A stretch of DNA of 64,000 bases. It comes from an uncultured bacterium. Its GTDB lineage: Bacteria > Patescibacteriota > Patescibacteriia > CAIQCM01. The position numbers and the translations under genes were made by a program. Position 1 is the stretch's first letter, and each line of letters opens with the position of its first letter. Positions 48,116 through 60,100 of this stretch are shown here, in pieces. Where the stretch lies: NCBI GenBank assembly GCA_963708045.1, contig OY970181.1, positions 131,740 to 195,739 of the forward strand, in the 5' to 3' direction. Below the pieces are notes generated by a model that saw only the letters and a list, made by a program, of their open reading frames with translations, was not told the DNA's origin and ran no database searches.

Positions 48116-48493
48116 GGTGGTTTGATCTGTTTAATTATTAGACGCTGGAGATTAGAGGTTTGAAATTAGAGTGAAGAAGTTCGTCGTCCGTCTTCTAACA
48201 TCTAGTCTCAAATCTCTAATCTCAATTTTTTTAGAATACAAAAAACCGCCCACGCCTCCAGCCGTCGTTCAATCGGGCCGTGAAGCATTGGGACAGGGTA
48301 AGATTTTAATTGGGGAGAAGTTTAGGCATGCGCGCGGATCGCAGGCCTTATCTGCCGCTTACGGCAAGCAGTAAAGCAAGCGAGCGTGGTTGTACAGCGG
48401 ATAAAACCGCTCCGGATAGCCCGAGCGGTTCTAAATCTGTATTTCTTGCTTTAAAGCTACCTCCGGACGGAGGTTTTGTCAACACTCTTTACG

Positions 48494-48580
48494 AACTTTT
48501 AACTTTTAACTTTTAACTTTTCAAAAAATGGCTAATTTTATACTTTTTTCTTCACTAAAAGTTAACAGTTAAAAGTTAAC
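48494..48580. repeat. Family-B inverted-repeat pair (AACTTTTAAC x4 ... AAAAGTTAACAGTTAAAAGTTAAC) with about 35-nt spacer
   Basis: Left arm 48494-48521, right arm 48557-48580. Predicted long hairpin upstream of rpoB. Confidence 0.55.
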
Positions 48581-48590
48581 ACCTCAACGG

Positions 48591-48619
48591 TTGACATTTT
48601 ATCCACAACGTGCTATAGT
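48591..48619 (+). promoter_or_regulatory. strong sigma70-like promoter (TTGACA - 17 nt - TATAGT) with no protein gene downstream
   Basis: -35 TTGACA at 48591-48596, 17-nt spacer, -10 TATAGT at 48614-48619. Next about 350 nt lack a convincing ORF and run into a family-A repeat. Confidence 0.45.
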
Positions 48620-48772
48620 ACTTTGTTAATGATTCTCTGAGGAGAGAGTTATCTGACAAACGCTTTAGCCTTTCTTGGGAGAGAAAAGGCTGATTCCAGA
48701 CTCTGGAGAGAGTCAAAAAGGCATTCTTGTTCAGCAGGAGATGCTTCTTTGTTTATTACTCTTATGTAACGG

Positions 48773-48869
48773 CGTCATCCCGAGGATACGAGGGAACTCA
48801 AAGTCTCAAAGAAAACTTAGAGCTTCCTCGCCCTGGACAAAACGTCCTTACGGGCTCGGAATGACGGCG
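48773..48869. repeat. Family-A palindromic repeat
   Basis: GGCGTCATCCCGAGGATACGAGGG...CGGGCTCGGAATGACGGCG. Identical to the copy at 49598-49696. Confidence 0.65.
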
Positions 48870-48975
48870 AGAAAAAGAGATTAGATGTTAGAGATTAGAT
48901 TTTAGAAGACGGAGGACAAACTTCTACATTCAAAGCTCAAATCTCTAAGATCTATTATTCTTTCCAATAAAGTTC

Positions 48976-49293
48976 ATGAGGGTCGTGAATTTCATTGGGA
49001 AGAAACAGAAAGTTCATCACAACATCTGGCTCGTAAAACGAGTCACGCAGTCCAGCGTAACGGGCGGGAGACATACGATGAAGGGGAAAAAGATTGACGC
49101 CATAACCAACTACCTTTTTTTCTTCGGTTTTATAACGACCTTCGTGGCGATCGTATTTGCGATCCACCATCTGGTCACGGACAATCTTGTATCTGAAAAG
49201 ATTACCGTTGCATGCGCTTCTTTGGCTCTTGTGGCGGTAGCTGCCATCTTGCTGTGTTGTTGGATTGAACGATTCATAAAACGAATTTCGTAA
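48976..49293 (+). CDS. possible small membrane protein (alternative to antisense ORF 48955-49332)
   Basis: Two hydrophobic helices (YLFFFGFITTFVAIVFAI; ASLALVAVAAILLCCW). True start possibly the internal Met near 49078. Confidence 0.25.
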   Translation: MRVVNFIGKKQKVHHNIWLVKRVTQSSVTGGRHTMKGKKIDAITNYLFFFGFITTFVAIVFAIHHLVTDNLVSEKITVACASLALVAVAAILLCCWIERFIKRIS

Positions 49294-49597
49294 CACGACA
49301 CAAGTACACAACAACCGGCCTAACGGCCACACATTTGCCTAGTGATGGGCAAGAAAGGCTTCGTCGTGAAGAAAGAGAAGAAAGATACAGCTTTCACAAT
49401 GACCTTGTGGAACAAAATCGTCCTTGCTGCAATCTGCTTGCTGATTCTAATTCCAGTAGTCGCCAGCGTCATCGTTTGGCACTAACAACAACCTCAACGC
49501 GAGCGCACTTTGGTGGATAACAACCACCCCGTGCGCCTCTCAACAGAGCTCACAAAGAAAATATCTTTGCTGGCTCTCTGAGAAACAACCAACACAC

Positions 49598-49696
49598 GGC
49601 GTCATCCCGAGGATACGAGGGAACTCAAAGTCTCAAAGAAAACTTAGAGCTTCCTCGCCCTGGACAAAACGTCCTTACGGGCTCGGAATGACGGCG
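49598..49696. repeat. Family-A palindromic repeat (exact duplicate of 48773-48869)
   Basis: 99-nt identity with the upstream copy, about 825 bp apart, same orientation. Confidence 0.65.
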
Positions 49697-50260
49697 AAAT
49701 ATTTCAGCGTTCGTTTGGGGGAGGAGGGTGTCTGCGATCCCGAAGGGCAATCGTAGCACTGGTGCCAAGGTTAGGAGAATCGGACTTGTCTGATTCGGCC
49801 CAACCAGAAACGCCGCTCTTATGTCGAGCTTGCTCAACAACAACTACTTCCCCAAACGAGCGCCTGAAAATGCATAAGCGTCCTTTGATGGTCTTTGCCA
49901 TACCGATAAAGATGACAAGACAAAGGCAACATGCAAAACAAAACCCATTCTGGCTACGCCAACGCGGCTAATGGTCAAGTCTCCGCACGGACTTGGGCGT
50001 GTCACACGGTGGCGGCGAAGGTGAAACGATTTTCACTTCGCCGCCACCGCTACCGATCTAAGGAATGTTCACGTGAAAATTCTTTTGATCGGTTCAGTAA
50101 CAACTGAATCAAATGCACCTTGAATCAAAACGGACTGATTTGGGGGTTGGAGGGGCCCTATAATTATTGAACATCTTTTTTGTTCGCCATAGGCCAATTT
50201 ACCAACCCCAACATCAGTCCGTTTTTGTATCACAACCCAGAAAACCAGAGGAGATTCCAG

Positions 50261-50752
50261 ATGAGTAAAAAAGTATCCGTTTTAGTGGTCGGCAATAATA
50301 ATTTTTCCAAGATGGTTGAACAGCGATTCAACGTTAGTAGCCGCCTTGGCGTTGCCGATTTACAAATACTTTCAGTCGGAGACGTCGGAGACGCGCACGA
50401 CATTCTCCTACTTGGAGAAGAAATGATTGACGCAATTTTCGTTCAGGGCGACAACCCCTTTGCGATTAGCCTGCTTCGATCAAGTGGCTTTGGTGGACAC
50501 TTTGCCGCATTTGGTGGCGAGTCAATGGACGTTGATGAGGCACACAAATTTGATGTTGTGCTTCACAACGACACGCCAAATGGCATAACGCAGGCAATTT
50601 GCTTGCTACTCCAATATCTCAACCTAACCTCGGATGACGGCATTGAGTTTATGCCCGACGACGAAGTCCAACTGGTTGAAGACGAGGGTTGGAACGTGGA
50701 TTCAAAGGTACTTCGCGCGATCGGCGATTTTGACGCGCAGGCAGCGAGCTAA
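50261..50752 (+). CDS. hypothetical protein
   Basis: MSKKVSVLVVGNNNF... with SD AGGAG 7 nt upstream. No motif recognised. Confidence 0.4.
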   Translation: MSKKVSVLVVGNNNFSKMVEQRFNVSSRLGVADLQILSVGDVGDAHDILLLGEEMIDAIFVQGDNPFAISLLRSSGFGGHFAAFGGESMDVDEAHKFDVVLHNDTPNGITQAICLLLQYLNLTSDDGIEFMPDDEVQLVEDEGWNVDSKVLRAIGDFDAQAAS

Positions 50753-51198
50753 CGCCGAACGCTGGCGCGGAACAGACAACCCTGTCTGTTCCGCGTCTCA
50801 ACTTTATGAGCGAAACCAGATTCCTTATTACTTGCCCATATTCTAAGGTGTAAAATACATAAACGAGGATCAATTTAAAAAATTTTTCTCGTCATCAAAA
50901 GTTAATCGTTAATAATTACACAGCATCACATTAAATCGCGATCGCGATTTAATGTGATGCGAGGGTTTAATCTATTACTGTTAGCTTAGACGACCTTGGT
51001 TGCTTAAAAGATTTTTTAAATTGCTCCTTGTCCGCTGTCCAATAATTTCTTCCAACTTTTACCGATCGGATAAAGTCGGAAGAAAATAAACAGCGACCAG
51101 AAACGAGCAAAAAATTTCGTATACGGACAAAAACATTTTTCGGGAAATGTTTAGTCCAAAGAACCTTCACATCAATTCCCGAATACGGAGACAACATC

Positions 51199-51993
51199 AT
51201 GGAACATTGTAAGTTTTTAGGAATTACTCTTCCAGGCCATTCCTTGCCAATCTGTTCTGGCAAAGCGGATGTACAGCAATTGATCATGCCGCGGAGAGGA
51301 CAATCTGAATCTAAACAGTACAAACCAGAAATGGTCGAGGCAATTTGCAATCATTGCTTGGCGACCATGAAAGATGCTCACTCGTCTAGGGGTAGTTCTT
51401 TAGAGCTGGTCGCTGTATACACCGAGATTGCCCTTGTTGAAAAGTTTCATGCGATCAGTTTGGGGAATGGAGAAGGGATGAATCTTCGCCAAGGATTATG
51501 TTCGCGTAAAGAATGCGCAAACAGTCTGCCACATATCGGCATACAAGCAATCCAATTCCAAGGAGAAGCATTCCCAATCTGCCACAGATGTAAGCACGCA
51601 TCTATGATAGCTGCCATAAAACACACGGACATGCGTCTATTTCCTGGCCCTATCGCTGATGTATTCATCGCTGCAAGAAAAAATCAGCAGCGTCAACAGG
51701 ACAAGTTGGCAAAACGTACAAACCCCAATGCCGCACAAATAGCAGCAGAGGAGAAACTAAGAAAGGAAGAGACCCAACGTCAAGCAGATGAAGCGGCAAG
51801 AAAAGTCGCAGAAGAAAAACGAGAGCAAGAGCTCAAACAGCGAGACGAACGATTTGTGTTTATGTTCGATTGTTTTCCGCGCACATCAGACATTACGCCC
51901 ATCACCCCCGCGCCGACGCCAAAAAAGAAGGGGCCGGCTGATCTCAGGGTTGTCGGCAGCCTAGAGGACAGGCGACGGGGCACGCGTTCCTAG
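51199..51993 (+). CDS. hypothetical Cys/His-rich protein with Lys/Glu-rich coiled-coil tail
   Basis: 264-aa ORF. CxxC/HxxC pairs suggest zinc binding. C-terminal KEETQRQADEAARKVAEEKREQELKQRDER. Confidence 0.35.
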   Translation: MEHCKFLGITLPGHSLPICSGKADVQQLIMPRRGQSESKQYKPEMVEAICNHCLATMKDAHSSRGSSLELVAVYTEIALVEKFHAISLGNGEGMNLRQGLCSRKECANSLPHIGIQAIQFQGEAFPICHRCKHASMIAAIKHTDMRLFPGPIADVFIAARKNQQRQQDKLAKRTNPNAAQIAAEEKLRKEETQRQADEAARKVAEEKREQELKQRDERFVFMFDCFPRTSDITPITPAPTPKKKGPADLRVVGSLEDRRRGTRS

Positions 51994-52369
51994 CCTGAAT
52001 CTCTTCACACGCCTTCGCGCCGGACTTAAGCAAGTTGATAAGCTCAACTCTTAAGTCCGGCGCATCAGATTTAAGTTCATAATCAAAAAACGATTGCGGA
52101 CTTAAAACTGATAAAACAACTATCTTGACAAAACCGTTTTTTGCGACTACAATTTAATTTATGCAAAATTCGCGGCCGAACATCGGCTGCGGTGCGGCAC
52201 TGCCGCCGAATAGAAACATTAAAGCGACGTTTCAACTTAACGTTGAAACAAATCTCTCTCCTCTTCGCTTTTTGACTTCGACTCGGCATTGCATTTCGCC
52301 AATCCGCAGCCTATGTTTCGCCACGAGGCAAAACCCTCCGATGATTATCGGAGGGTTTTGAATTAATAG

Positions 52370-52935
52370 GATAGAGCGAACGAACTCCCCCTACCCCCTC
52401 TTTTGCAAAGAGTGGGCAAAGACTGGTTAAATCTCACAAGGCACCATTATAAAAAGAGGGGGATAAAATCGCGAAAAAATCTTAGTCCTCCCTTTGGTAA
52501 AAGGGAGGGTAGGGAGAGTTCTTAACGTATCTATGACGATAATGTTTTAAAAATACCGATGGAGTTTTGCAAACGATCTTTAAAACTGTGCAAAAATTGA
52601 TGCGGCGTTCGTAACCCCTCCTACCTCCCCTTACCTCCGACGTTTTGACCTCTTAAAATAATTTGGAGGTCGGAGTCCGATCAACATCGGACCTAAGGGG
52701 AGGAAAAGATTTGTTGTACGTTTTATCAGATTTTTTCTATACCCATAGTTTTAACCTTCTCTTTCGGCTCGAGACTGATCTCCGCCAAAGGCGGATCTAC
52801 CCTCGGGTATGACACCTTTTGCGTAAGGGCAAAAGATCTCATGGCTACGTATTTTAGATGAAATTTCATTCAAACATTAAAGCATCTTTCCCCTCCCTTA
52901 AGGTAAGGGAGGGGAAAGTGGGTTATGAGTGTATG
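52370..52935. repeat. Family-C composite hairpin repeat element
   Basis: gaacgaactccccctaccccctcttttgcaaagagtgggcaaagactgg, cttagtcctccctttggtaaaagggagggtagggagag and revcomp-of-34560 blocks. Confidence 0.55.
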
Positions 52936-53033
52936 GAGGAAGAGTTGTTTCTTATTAAAAATATTCCATCGTGCGACATTGAGGCGTTCTTCCCTCTTTA
53001 TCATAACCGTATTTCCTGCTATATTTCTTAAAT

Positions 53034-55292
53034 ATGTCCCGCAAAAAATCAAACAAACTTGTTCGTTGGCATTGGGAAGTTTCGCCGGAGGTAGAACGCT
53101 CTATTTCCGCGGTTGTGCTGATTGCTTTGGGTGTGCTTTTTGGAATGGCTTATTTTGGTTCGGCCGGCGTGGTTGGGCGCTACTTGGACGCCGGACTGGG
53201 CTTTGTTTTTGGCCTTGATCGCTTTATTGTTTCTATTGTTTTCATTGGCCTTGGCTTAACCCTACTTTTTCGCGGCCACCTGCGTGCCACGGTTTTGCTA
53301 GGCGCATTTTTTTCACTGCTTTCCTTAAACGCCCTTGTCCAAATAATTACTATTCCCGCGGGTGCGACAATGCCGATGAGCGCGGGCGGCGGCGCCCTTG
53401 GACTGTTTTTGGCGAATCCGCTTGTTAAAATGCTTTCTCTTTCCGGCGCGGTGGTTATTTTATGCGCCATCCTTATCGCTGGACTAGTGCTTATTTTTGA
53501 CGCTTCGCTTGCCTCTTTTGGCGAAGCGCTAAAATTTATTACTATTCCTTTTAGAAAACTTTTTGCACCGGCCGCTTCAACTTTACCCAAACAAAAACCA
53601 ACCACGATTAAGGGCATAGACGACTCGCCTGTTGAAGAGCCCGAGGAAAAACCGGAAGAAGACGAGGAGGAAGAGGAACAAGAAGAAGAAAAAGAAAATT
53701 TGAAAACAAAAACCGCCGCCGTCCCCGAGCCGGTCTTTACCGTTGCCCCACTTCCACGCCGCATCCATCGCCGAATTGAAATTCCGCTTGATTTGCTTGA
53801 AACAAAAAGCGGTAAAGCTTCGGCCGGCGACATTCGCGCCAACCAAGAAGTCATTCGTCGGACATTGGAGCAATTTAATATTCCCGTTGAAATGGGCGAC
53901 GTTTCGGTTGGCCCAACCGTCACGCAATATACGCTAAAGCCATCCGAGGGCGTCAAACTTTCTAAAATTATTAATCTTTCAAACGACCTCGCGCTCGCGC
54001 TCGCGGCGCATCCGATTCGTATTGAAGCGCCAATCCCAGGCAAGTCACTCGTCGGCATTGAAGTACCTAACCAAACCGTTGCCATCGTTAAAATCCGCGA
54101 AGGCGTTGAAGCGCCAAATTTCCATTTGGAAAAACATATTTTGCCAATTGTTTTAGGGAAAGACGTGGCTGGCGAACCGTGGGTTGCCGACGTTACCAGA
54201 ATGCCGCATATGCTCGTTGCCGGCGCGACTGGTTCGGGAAAAACTGTTTGTCTGAACACGATTATTGTGTCGCTGCTTTTCCGCCTTGGACCCGACGACC
54301 TAAAGTTTATTATGATTGACCCGAAGCGCGTGGAACTGCCGTGCTACAACGGCATCCCCCACTTGCTCACGCCGGTTATTACCGAAGTTCCCAAAATCGT
54401 TAATTCGCTCAAGTGGTGCATTACGGAAATGGAACGCCGCTTTGATTTGCTTGCCAAACTTGGCCGACGCGACATTGCTTCGTACAACAAAGAGGTTGAT
54501 GAAACGATCAAAAAAAATCCCGAGTCCCCGCTTTCGCGCTTGCCATACATCGTTGTCGTCATTGACGAACTTGCCGACCTGATGGCGACTTCGTCCCAAG
54601 AAGTTGAAGGTTCAATTGTTCGTTTGGCTCAGCTTGCCCGCGCCATTGGCATTCACCTCATCGTTGCAACTCAGCGCCCATCGGTTGACGTTATCACCGG
54701 TTTAATTAAAGCCAACATCACGACGCGCATTGCCTTTGCCGTTGCCACTTCCACCGACTCACGCACGATTATTGACACCTCGGGCGCGGAAAAATTACTC
54801 GGCCGCGGCGACATGCTTTACACCACCGCCGAACTTTCCAAACCAAAACGCATTCAGGGCGCTTATGTAAACGACGAAGAAATTCGCCGCGTGGTTGAAT
54901 ATCTTAAGTCGCACGCCGACGGCGAACCCGAGTACCGCACCGACATTGTTGATCGGCCAAAAGCAATGGGGCCGTCCGGCGAATCTTACGATGATTCCGA
55001 AGACGATCTTTTGCCAGAAGCGCGCGACTTGGTCGTTGCCGCTGGCAAAGCCTCGGCTTCGCTTTTGCAACGCCGACTAAAAGTCGGTTACGCGCGCGCC
55101 GCCCGCTTGCTAGACTTAATGGAAACACAGGGCGTAATCGGTCCAGGCGACGGCGCCAAACCGCGCGCGATTCTTGTAAAACGTTCCACGGCTGGAATCC
55201 CAACACCCGGAGATGAATCCGCCGGATCTGTAACAATTTTCGCGGATGAAATATCAGAACCGAGCGACGATGATGACAAAGAGAATATTTAA
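53034..55292 (+). CDS. ftsK: DNA translocase FtsK/SpoIIIE
   Basis: N-terminal multi-TM domain, acidic linker, Walker A VAGATGSGKTV, Walker B IDELADLM, C-terminal gamma winged helix (LLQRRLKVGYARAARLLDLME). Confidence 0.9.
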   Translation: MSRKKSNKLVRWHWEVSPEVERSISAVVLIALGVLFGMAYFGSAGVVGRYLDAGLGFVFGLDRFIVSIVFIGLGLTLLFRGHLRATVLLGAFFSLLSLNALVQIITIPAGATMPMSAGGGALGLFLANPLVKMLSLSGAVVILCAILIAGLVLIFDASLASFGEALKFITIPFRKLFAPAASTLPKQKPTTIKGIDDSPVEEPEEKPEEDEEEEEQEEEKENLKTKTAAVPEPVFTVAPLPRRIHRRIEIPLDLLETKSGKASAGDIRANQEVIRRTLEQFNIPVEMGDVSVGPTVTQYTLKPSEGVKLSKIINLSNDLALALAAHPIRIEAPIPGKSLVGIEVPNQTVAIVKIREGVEAPNFHLEKHILPIVLGKDVAGEPWVADVTRMPHMLVAGATGSGKTVCLNTIIVSLLFRLGPDDLKFIMIDPKRVELPCYNGIPHLLTPVITEVPKIVNSLKWCITEMERRFDLLAKLGRRDIASYNKEVDETIKKNPESPLSRLPYIVVVIDELADLMATSSQEVEGSIVRLAQLARAIGIHLIVATQRPSVDVITGLIKANITTRIAFAVATSTDSRTIIDTSGAEKLLGRGDMLYTTAELSKPKRIQGAYVNDEEIRRVVEYLKSHADGEPEYRTDIVDRPKAMGPSGESYDDSEDDLLPEARDLVVAAGKASASLLQRRLKVGYARAARLLDLMETQGVIGPGDGAKPRAILVKRSTAGIPTPGDESAGSVTIFADEISEPSDDDDKENI

Positions 55293-55315
55293 CCAAATAC
55301 CTAATATCTACTCAC

Positions 55316-55440
55316 GGCGTCATTCCGAGCCTGTCCGGTCGCTCTGTCCAAGGCTCGGCCGAGCTCAGCTCGGCGAGGAATCACGAAGCTTGCTAGAGAC
55401 TTTGGGTTCCCTCATCGCTTCGGCTCTTCGGGATGACGCC
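55316..55440. repeat. Family-A palindromic repeat, flanked by CCTAATATCTA / TAGATATTAGGT inverted words
   Basis: GGCGTCATTCCGAGCCTGTCC...GGCTCTTCGGGATGACGCC. Outer words aatacctaatatcta (55296-55310) and attaggtattagatattc (55449-55466). Confidence 0.65.
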
Positions 55441-55469
55441 AAAACGGATTAGGTATTAGATATTCATAA

Positions 55470-55859
55470 ATGTCCCACTCCTTCCCGCCACAGCCCATTA
55501 AAAACAACCAACTCTTCGCCTCACACCGAGCGAAGAGTGTTGTTTATATCGTTGGTTTTTTTATTTTGGTCGTGGCGATAATTGTTTGGGAAATAATCCG
55601 CGTGACCGCGCCGCCGCTGCTTATTATCAACAATCCGCCGGACAATCTGTTGTCCAACCAAGCGACGATTGTCGTTTCCGGCCGCGCCGCGCCCAATTCA
55701 ACCGTTGTCATTAACGACGAATTTACCGCGACCGATCTTTCGGGAAACTTTAACGAAACTTTGGACTTGCGCACCGGACTAAATGTCATTACTATTAGTG
55801 CGTCCAAACGCTTTGCCAAACCGAATGTTATATATAGGAGGGTGGTGGTGGCGAAATAA
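55470..55859 (+). CDS. hypothetical membrane-anchored protein
   Basis: N-terminal TM helix VVYIVGFFILVVAIIVW. 129 aa. Confidence 0.45.
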   Translation: MSHSFPPQPIKNNQLFASHRAKSVVYIVGFFILVVAIIVWEIIRVTAPPLLIINNPPDNLLSNQATIVVSGRAAPNSTVVINDEFTATDLSGNFNETLDLRTGLNVITISASKRFAKPNVIYRRVVVAK

Positions 55860-55942
55860 CTTTTAACTGTTAACTTTTAACTTTTCTGGTAAAATCAATG
55901 GTCTAAGAAGTTAAAAGTTAAAAGTTAAAACCTAAAAGTTAA
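55858..55942. repeat. Family-B inverted-repeat pair with about 24-nt spacer
   Basis: Left aacttttaactgttaacttttaactttt, right agttaaaagttaaaagttaaaacctaaaagttaac. Lies between 55470-55859 and recA. Confidence 0.55.
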
Positions 55943-55952
55943 CAAAAAACGT

Positions 55953-57026
55953 ATGGCCAAAAAAGATGTGAATCCTCGCTTTGCCGCCGCGATGGAGGCG
56001 ATGAAGCAAATTAAGGAAAAATTCGGCGAAGGCTCCATAATGAAGTTTGGCGAAGCCGGACATATGAAGGTGGACAGCATTCCCTCGGGTTGCGCGTCCT
56101 TAGACATTGCCCTTGGTTGCGGCGGTTTTCCGCGCGGCCGCGTGGTTGAAGTCTTTGGACCGGAAGCTTCGGGAAAAACCACTCTTGCTCAACACGTGGT
56201 TGCCGAAATTCAGCGCCAAGGCGGCATTGCCGCTTTCGTTGACGCCGAACACGCTCTTGACCCCGAGTATGCCCGCAAAATTGGCGTTAAAGTTGACGAG
56301 CTGCTTATTTCGCAACCAGACAATGGTGAACAAGCTTTGGACATTGTGGAAACACTTGTCCGCTCCAATGCTGTTGACGTGATTGTTGTTGACTCGGTCG
56401 CGGCGCTCGTCCCCAAAGCGGAAATTGAAGGCGATATGGGCGATCAGCATATGGGCTTGCAAGCGCGACTGATGTCACAAGCGCTTCGCAAACTAACGCC
56501 GGTTATTTCTTCATCGCACACCTGCCTTATTTTCATTAACCAAACGCGAATGAAGATCGGCGTCTTCTTTGGCAACCCCGAAACAACGACCGGCGGCAAT
56601 GCCCTAAAGTTTTACGCTTCGGTGCGCATAGAAATTCGCCGCGCCGCGCAACTTAAGAAGGATGAGCGCGTTATCGGCAACCGTGTAAAAGTTAAGATCG
56701 TCAAAAACAAAGTCGCGCCACCTTTCCGCAACACGGAGTTTGATATTATGTACAACGAAGGCATTTCCGTGACCGGCGACCTTGTTGACACAGCCACGCT
56801 TTGGGAAATCGTCAAAAAAAGTGGTAACTCGTATTCCTACGGCGAAGTTAGACTCGGCGTTGGCCGCGAAGCCAGCAAACTTTTCCTAAGAGAACATCCA
56901 GAAGTTTTTGAAGACATTAGAAAAGACCTCTTCGCCGCCGTCGCCGCCAAAGAAGTTGAAAACAACAACGTCGGCGGTTCGTCGGTTGCCGAAGCGCCAG
57001 CGAGCGAAGAAAATAAGGAGGCATAA
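55953..57026 (+). CDS. recA: recombinase RecA
   Basis: [11 protein letters not shown] Walker A, ...[14 protein letters not shown]..., L2 loop region. 357 aa. Confidence 0.95.
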   Translation: MAKKDVNPRFAAAMEAMKQIKEKFGEGSIMKFGEAGHMKVDSIPSGCASLDIALGCGGFPRGRVVEVFGPEASGKTTLAQHVVAEIQRQGGIAAFVDAEHALDPEYARKIGVKVDELLISQPDNGEQALDIVETLVRSNAVDVIVVDSVAALVPKAEIEGDMGDQHMGLQARLMSQALRKLTPVISSSHTCLIFINQTRMKIGVFFGNPETTTGGNALKFYASVRIEIRRAAQLKKDERVIGNRVKVKIVKNKVAPPFRNTEFDIMYNEGISVTGDLVDTATLWEIVKKSGNSYSYGEVRLGVGREASKLFLREHPEVFEDIRKDLFAAVAAKEVENNNVGGSSVAEAPASEENKEA

Positions 57027-57136
57027 CACCCCTCACCCGGCCTTCGGCCACCCTCTCCCACACTTGGGCGAGGGTTTTCCGACCAAACAAAAATCACCCC
57101 GATGACTATCGGGGTGATTTTTGTTTTAGATAATTT

Positions 57137-60100
57137 TTAGTGAACGACGCAAACAATGTCTGGATCTGCGCCGGTTCTATAAAAGGCTCCAGCGGACAAT
57201 CCGCCAGTTATTGCAGCCGCGTTGTTCGCGTAAACAGGAAGACCGATGACCTGCAATTTACTAGTCGGTACCGCTGTTCCAATGCCGACATTACCATTGT
57301 ACAAAATAGTCATTGCTCTTGCGAGCACTCCATCTTCTAAAGGAGTAGTATCAAAGAATAAACTTGCTCCTGTGTGGGTGACTGAATTATCTGTAATAGT
57401 ACTGCCAATTCTGGCGCTATTAACTAAGGTTGTAGCATTGCCAGCACCACTTAGATAGTTTGTGGCTCTAAATAAAATGCCTCCACCATGACCTCCATAA
57501 GGCAAAGTATTGGCCGCGGCTGAAATTGTCAGAATGTCGGAATAACTCGTTCTAACTCCGGTTTCCAAACGATAAACTTCTCCTTTGGTTCCTGGCGTCG
57601 CCGTCCCAATGCCAACGTTGCCGCTTGATCCTGACTGTAACAATACCGATGAGCCGTCAATTTTGACCGGATTAGAATAGCCGGCGGTTACAATTTGCAT
57701 AGCGGCGTTAACCACGGTGCCGTTGTATACCCATTTTATAGAACCGACACCGCCACCGCCCTGGCCGACGTAAATAGCACTATCAGCAGCCGTATCGCCA
57801 ACCACGATTGCCGTATTAGCCGTTAAAGCGCCTAGATCAGAACCAACAACCAGCTTTTCATTCGGCGTCGTCGTCCCAATGCCAACATTACCATCTGACT
57901 GCATTGTCATTACGGTCACATCGGCGAGTTGGGCAGCGCTGTCGGCATTTTTTAAATTTATGTCAAACCTAGTTTTAGGAGCGGTAGCAACACCAGCCGA
58001 ATATCTTCCAATCGTAAAATCAACTATTTCAGGCCATACAAGACCATCTATATTTGGCCTTCCTAATCGTTGAACAATTTGTTGACCAACTGCATATTGT
58101 GTACTTGTTCCCGAAACCGTTTCTAGCTTCGCCCCCGGACTCGACGTCCCAATACCAACATTGCCGTTGGATAATATGGACATAGCGTTTGTCCAAGAAA
58201 TAGTATTTCCAGCCGTTCCACTGGGCGCAACGAGAAAAATTAATCCATCACTAGATTTGATCATCGCCGCATAATTGCTTACTGCGTAGGTTTGAGTATC
58301 ACCGGTACCCTGATAAGCGTTCCAACCCATCCAAGCATCACCATTAGAACGACTTACGCCCATCGTAAGTGGGCGATTTGCCCCTGAACCAAAATACAAC
58401 TCAAAACTTTTTCCTGGAGCCCCCGCCCCTTCAACAATAGATAGTTTACTTCCTGGCGACGTTGTTCCAATACCAACGTTGCCGGTATTGTTACTATATA
58501 TATTGTTTCCTGACGCAGTCCAATAGTTTGTGCCACCAGCAGCCGGCCACGAAGTTTTACAGTTACCGGCAATACACAAACTTGTGCCATTTACTTCGCC
58601 GTTCACATCAAGCAAATAGCTTGGCGTGGCCGTACCAATGCCCAAGCGGCCGATGGAGGTAAGACGCATAACTTCTCCAACCACACCAGCATTTCTCATT
58701 TGAAAGACTAAGTCACCAGCAGTTGATCCTACGGTATGACTGGTAAAAACTGCGGAGATGAAAGATGTTCCTACTATACTACCCGCAGTATCACCGGTGG
58801 AAAAACGCAGAGAGGCGCCATTGTTAACGGTGGCGTTGGGATTAGTAATTCTAATAGCGGGATTAGGAACAGTGGTCGCGGTATAGGTTGTTGCGTCGGA
58901 CGCCGCTACGTCAAGTAAGCTGTTTGGGACGGTTGTCCCAATGCCGACATATCCATTTGTCGCTAATTTCATTATCATCGTTGTACCACGAACAAAGAAC
59001 ATATTGCCGTTGGTCGTGTCTTCGGTGCGTAAGATAAGGTCGTTTGCAAGCGACCCCGTTACATATTGGCCAACACTCGTTGCCAAACCAAGAAAAACTT
59101 TAGCAACGCCGGCATTTTTTATATTTAGCGCTGGCGCGTTTGGCCCATCAATACTCATACCGTCAGCAATCGTGGTTGTATAGACATGGAGTTTGCTGGC
59201 CGGCGCCGAGGTTCCAATGCCGACGTTCGTTCCGTCATCAGCAACCTGCGAATCGCCAAGCGTCGCACCGTCGGGCGTAAACTTTGGCAAATAATTAAGC
59301 GTTCCCGAGCCAGAAATACTGCCACCGCTTCCGCTAGCAAATAAACATACGCGCCCAATATTGCTGGCGGAATAACTACTGGTGGTCCAAGCACCGCTTG
59401 TTGCCAAAGTATATATATAGCCGTCGTGAATAAACGACCCGCTCGGACTTGACCAATATGCTTTACCATCAACCGATCTTCCAGCTGTATAACCAGTTGA
59501 ACAACTGCTGGTGTTGGAATATACAATCGGAGCGCTATTTGACAAACACACACGGCCAGCAGTACCGGTACCGGCGGTGGTCCAGGTACCATCCGTCGCC
59601 AAAGTATACGAATTACCGTCGTGAATAAACGACCCGCTCGGACTTGACCAATACGCTTTACCATCAGTTGGTCTTCCGGCGGTATAACCAGCAGGACAAC
59701 TACTTGTTCCCGAGTAGATGATTGAAATTGGCGCGGAACCACTGCCCGACCCACCGCTTGGATTAGTGCCATTATAAGAGTGTGCCGAATGAGCTGCATA
59801 ACTAACAGTAACAAATTCATCTTGTCCAGCGACGACCGACATCCAATAAACTTGTCCCGAATTTGGATTATCCGGCGACGTAGCGATTCTCCAAGTTATA
59901 CCATCGGTTGATTCAATTATTGCCGGCGCGTTATATGCGGCAACTATCACAAACTTTCCATTTCCATAAGTTACATTATACCCAGAAGCGGCTGTGGCGC
60001 TTGTTCGTGAAGTCCAAGTAATACCATTAGGCGAAGTCATGATTTGCGTGCCCGCGCTAACTGCAACAAAAAGACCATTACCATAAGCAACTGAGATCCA

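Noticed and set aside
48955-49332. ORF 48955-49332 (-), 125 aa.
   Set aside because: It is antisense to a slightly shorter ORF with two clear TM helices, which I kept at low confidence. It has no motif and sits in a repeat-rich region.
50967-51350. ORF 50967-51350 (-).
   Set aside because: It overlaps the longer + strand ORF 51199-51993 and has no RBS or motif. That region is itself low confidence.
53180-55296. ORF 53180-54259 (-) and others antisense to ftsK.
   Set aside because: They are antisense to the well-supported FtsK frame and were produced by the Glu/Ser-rich linker.
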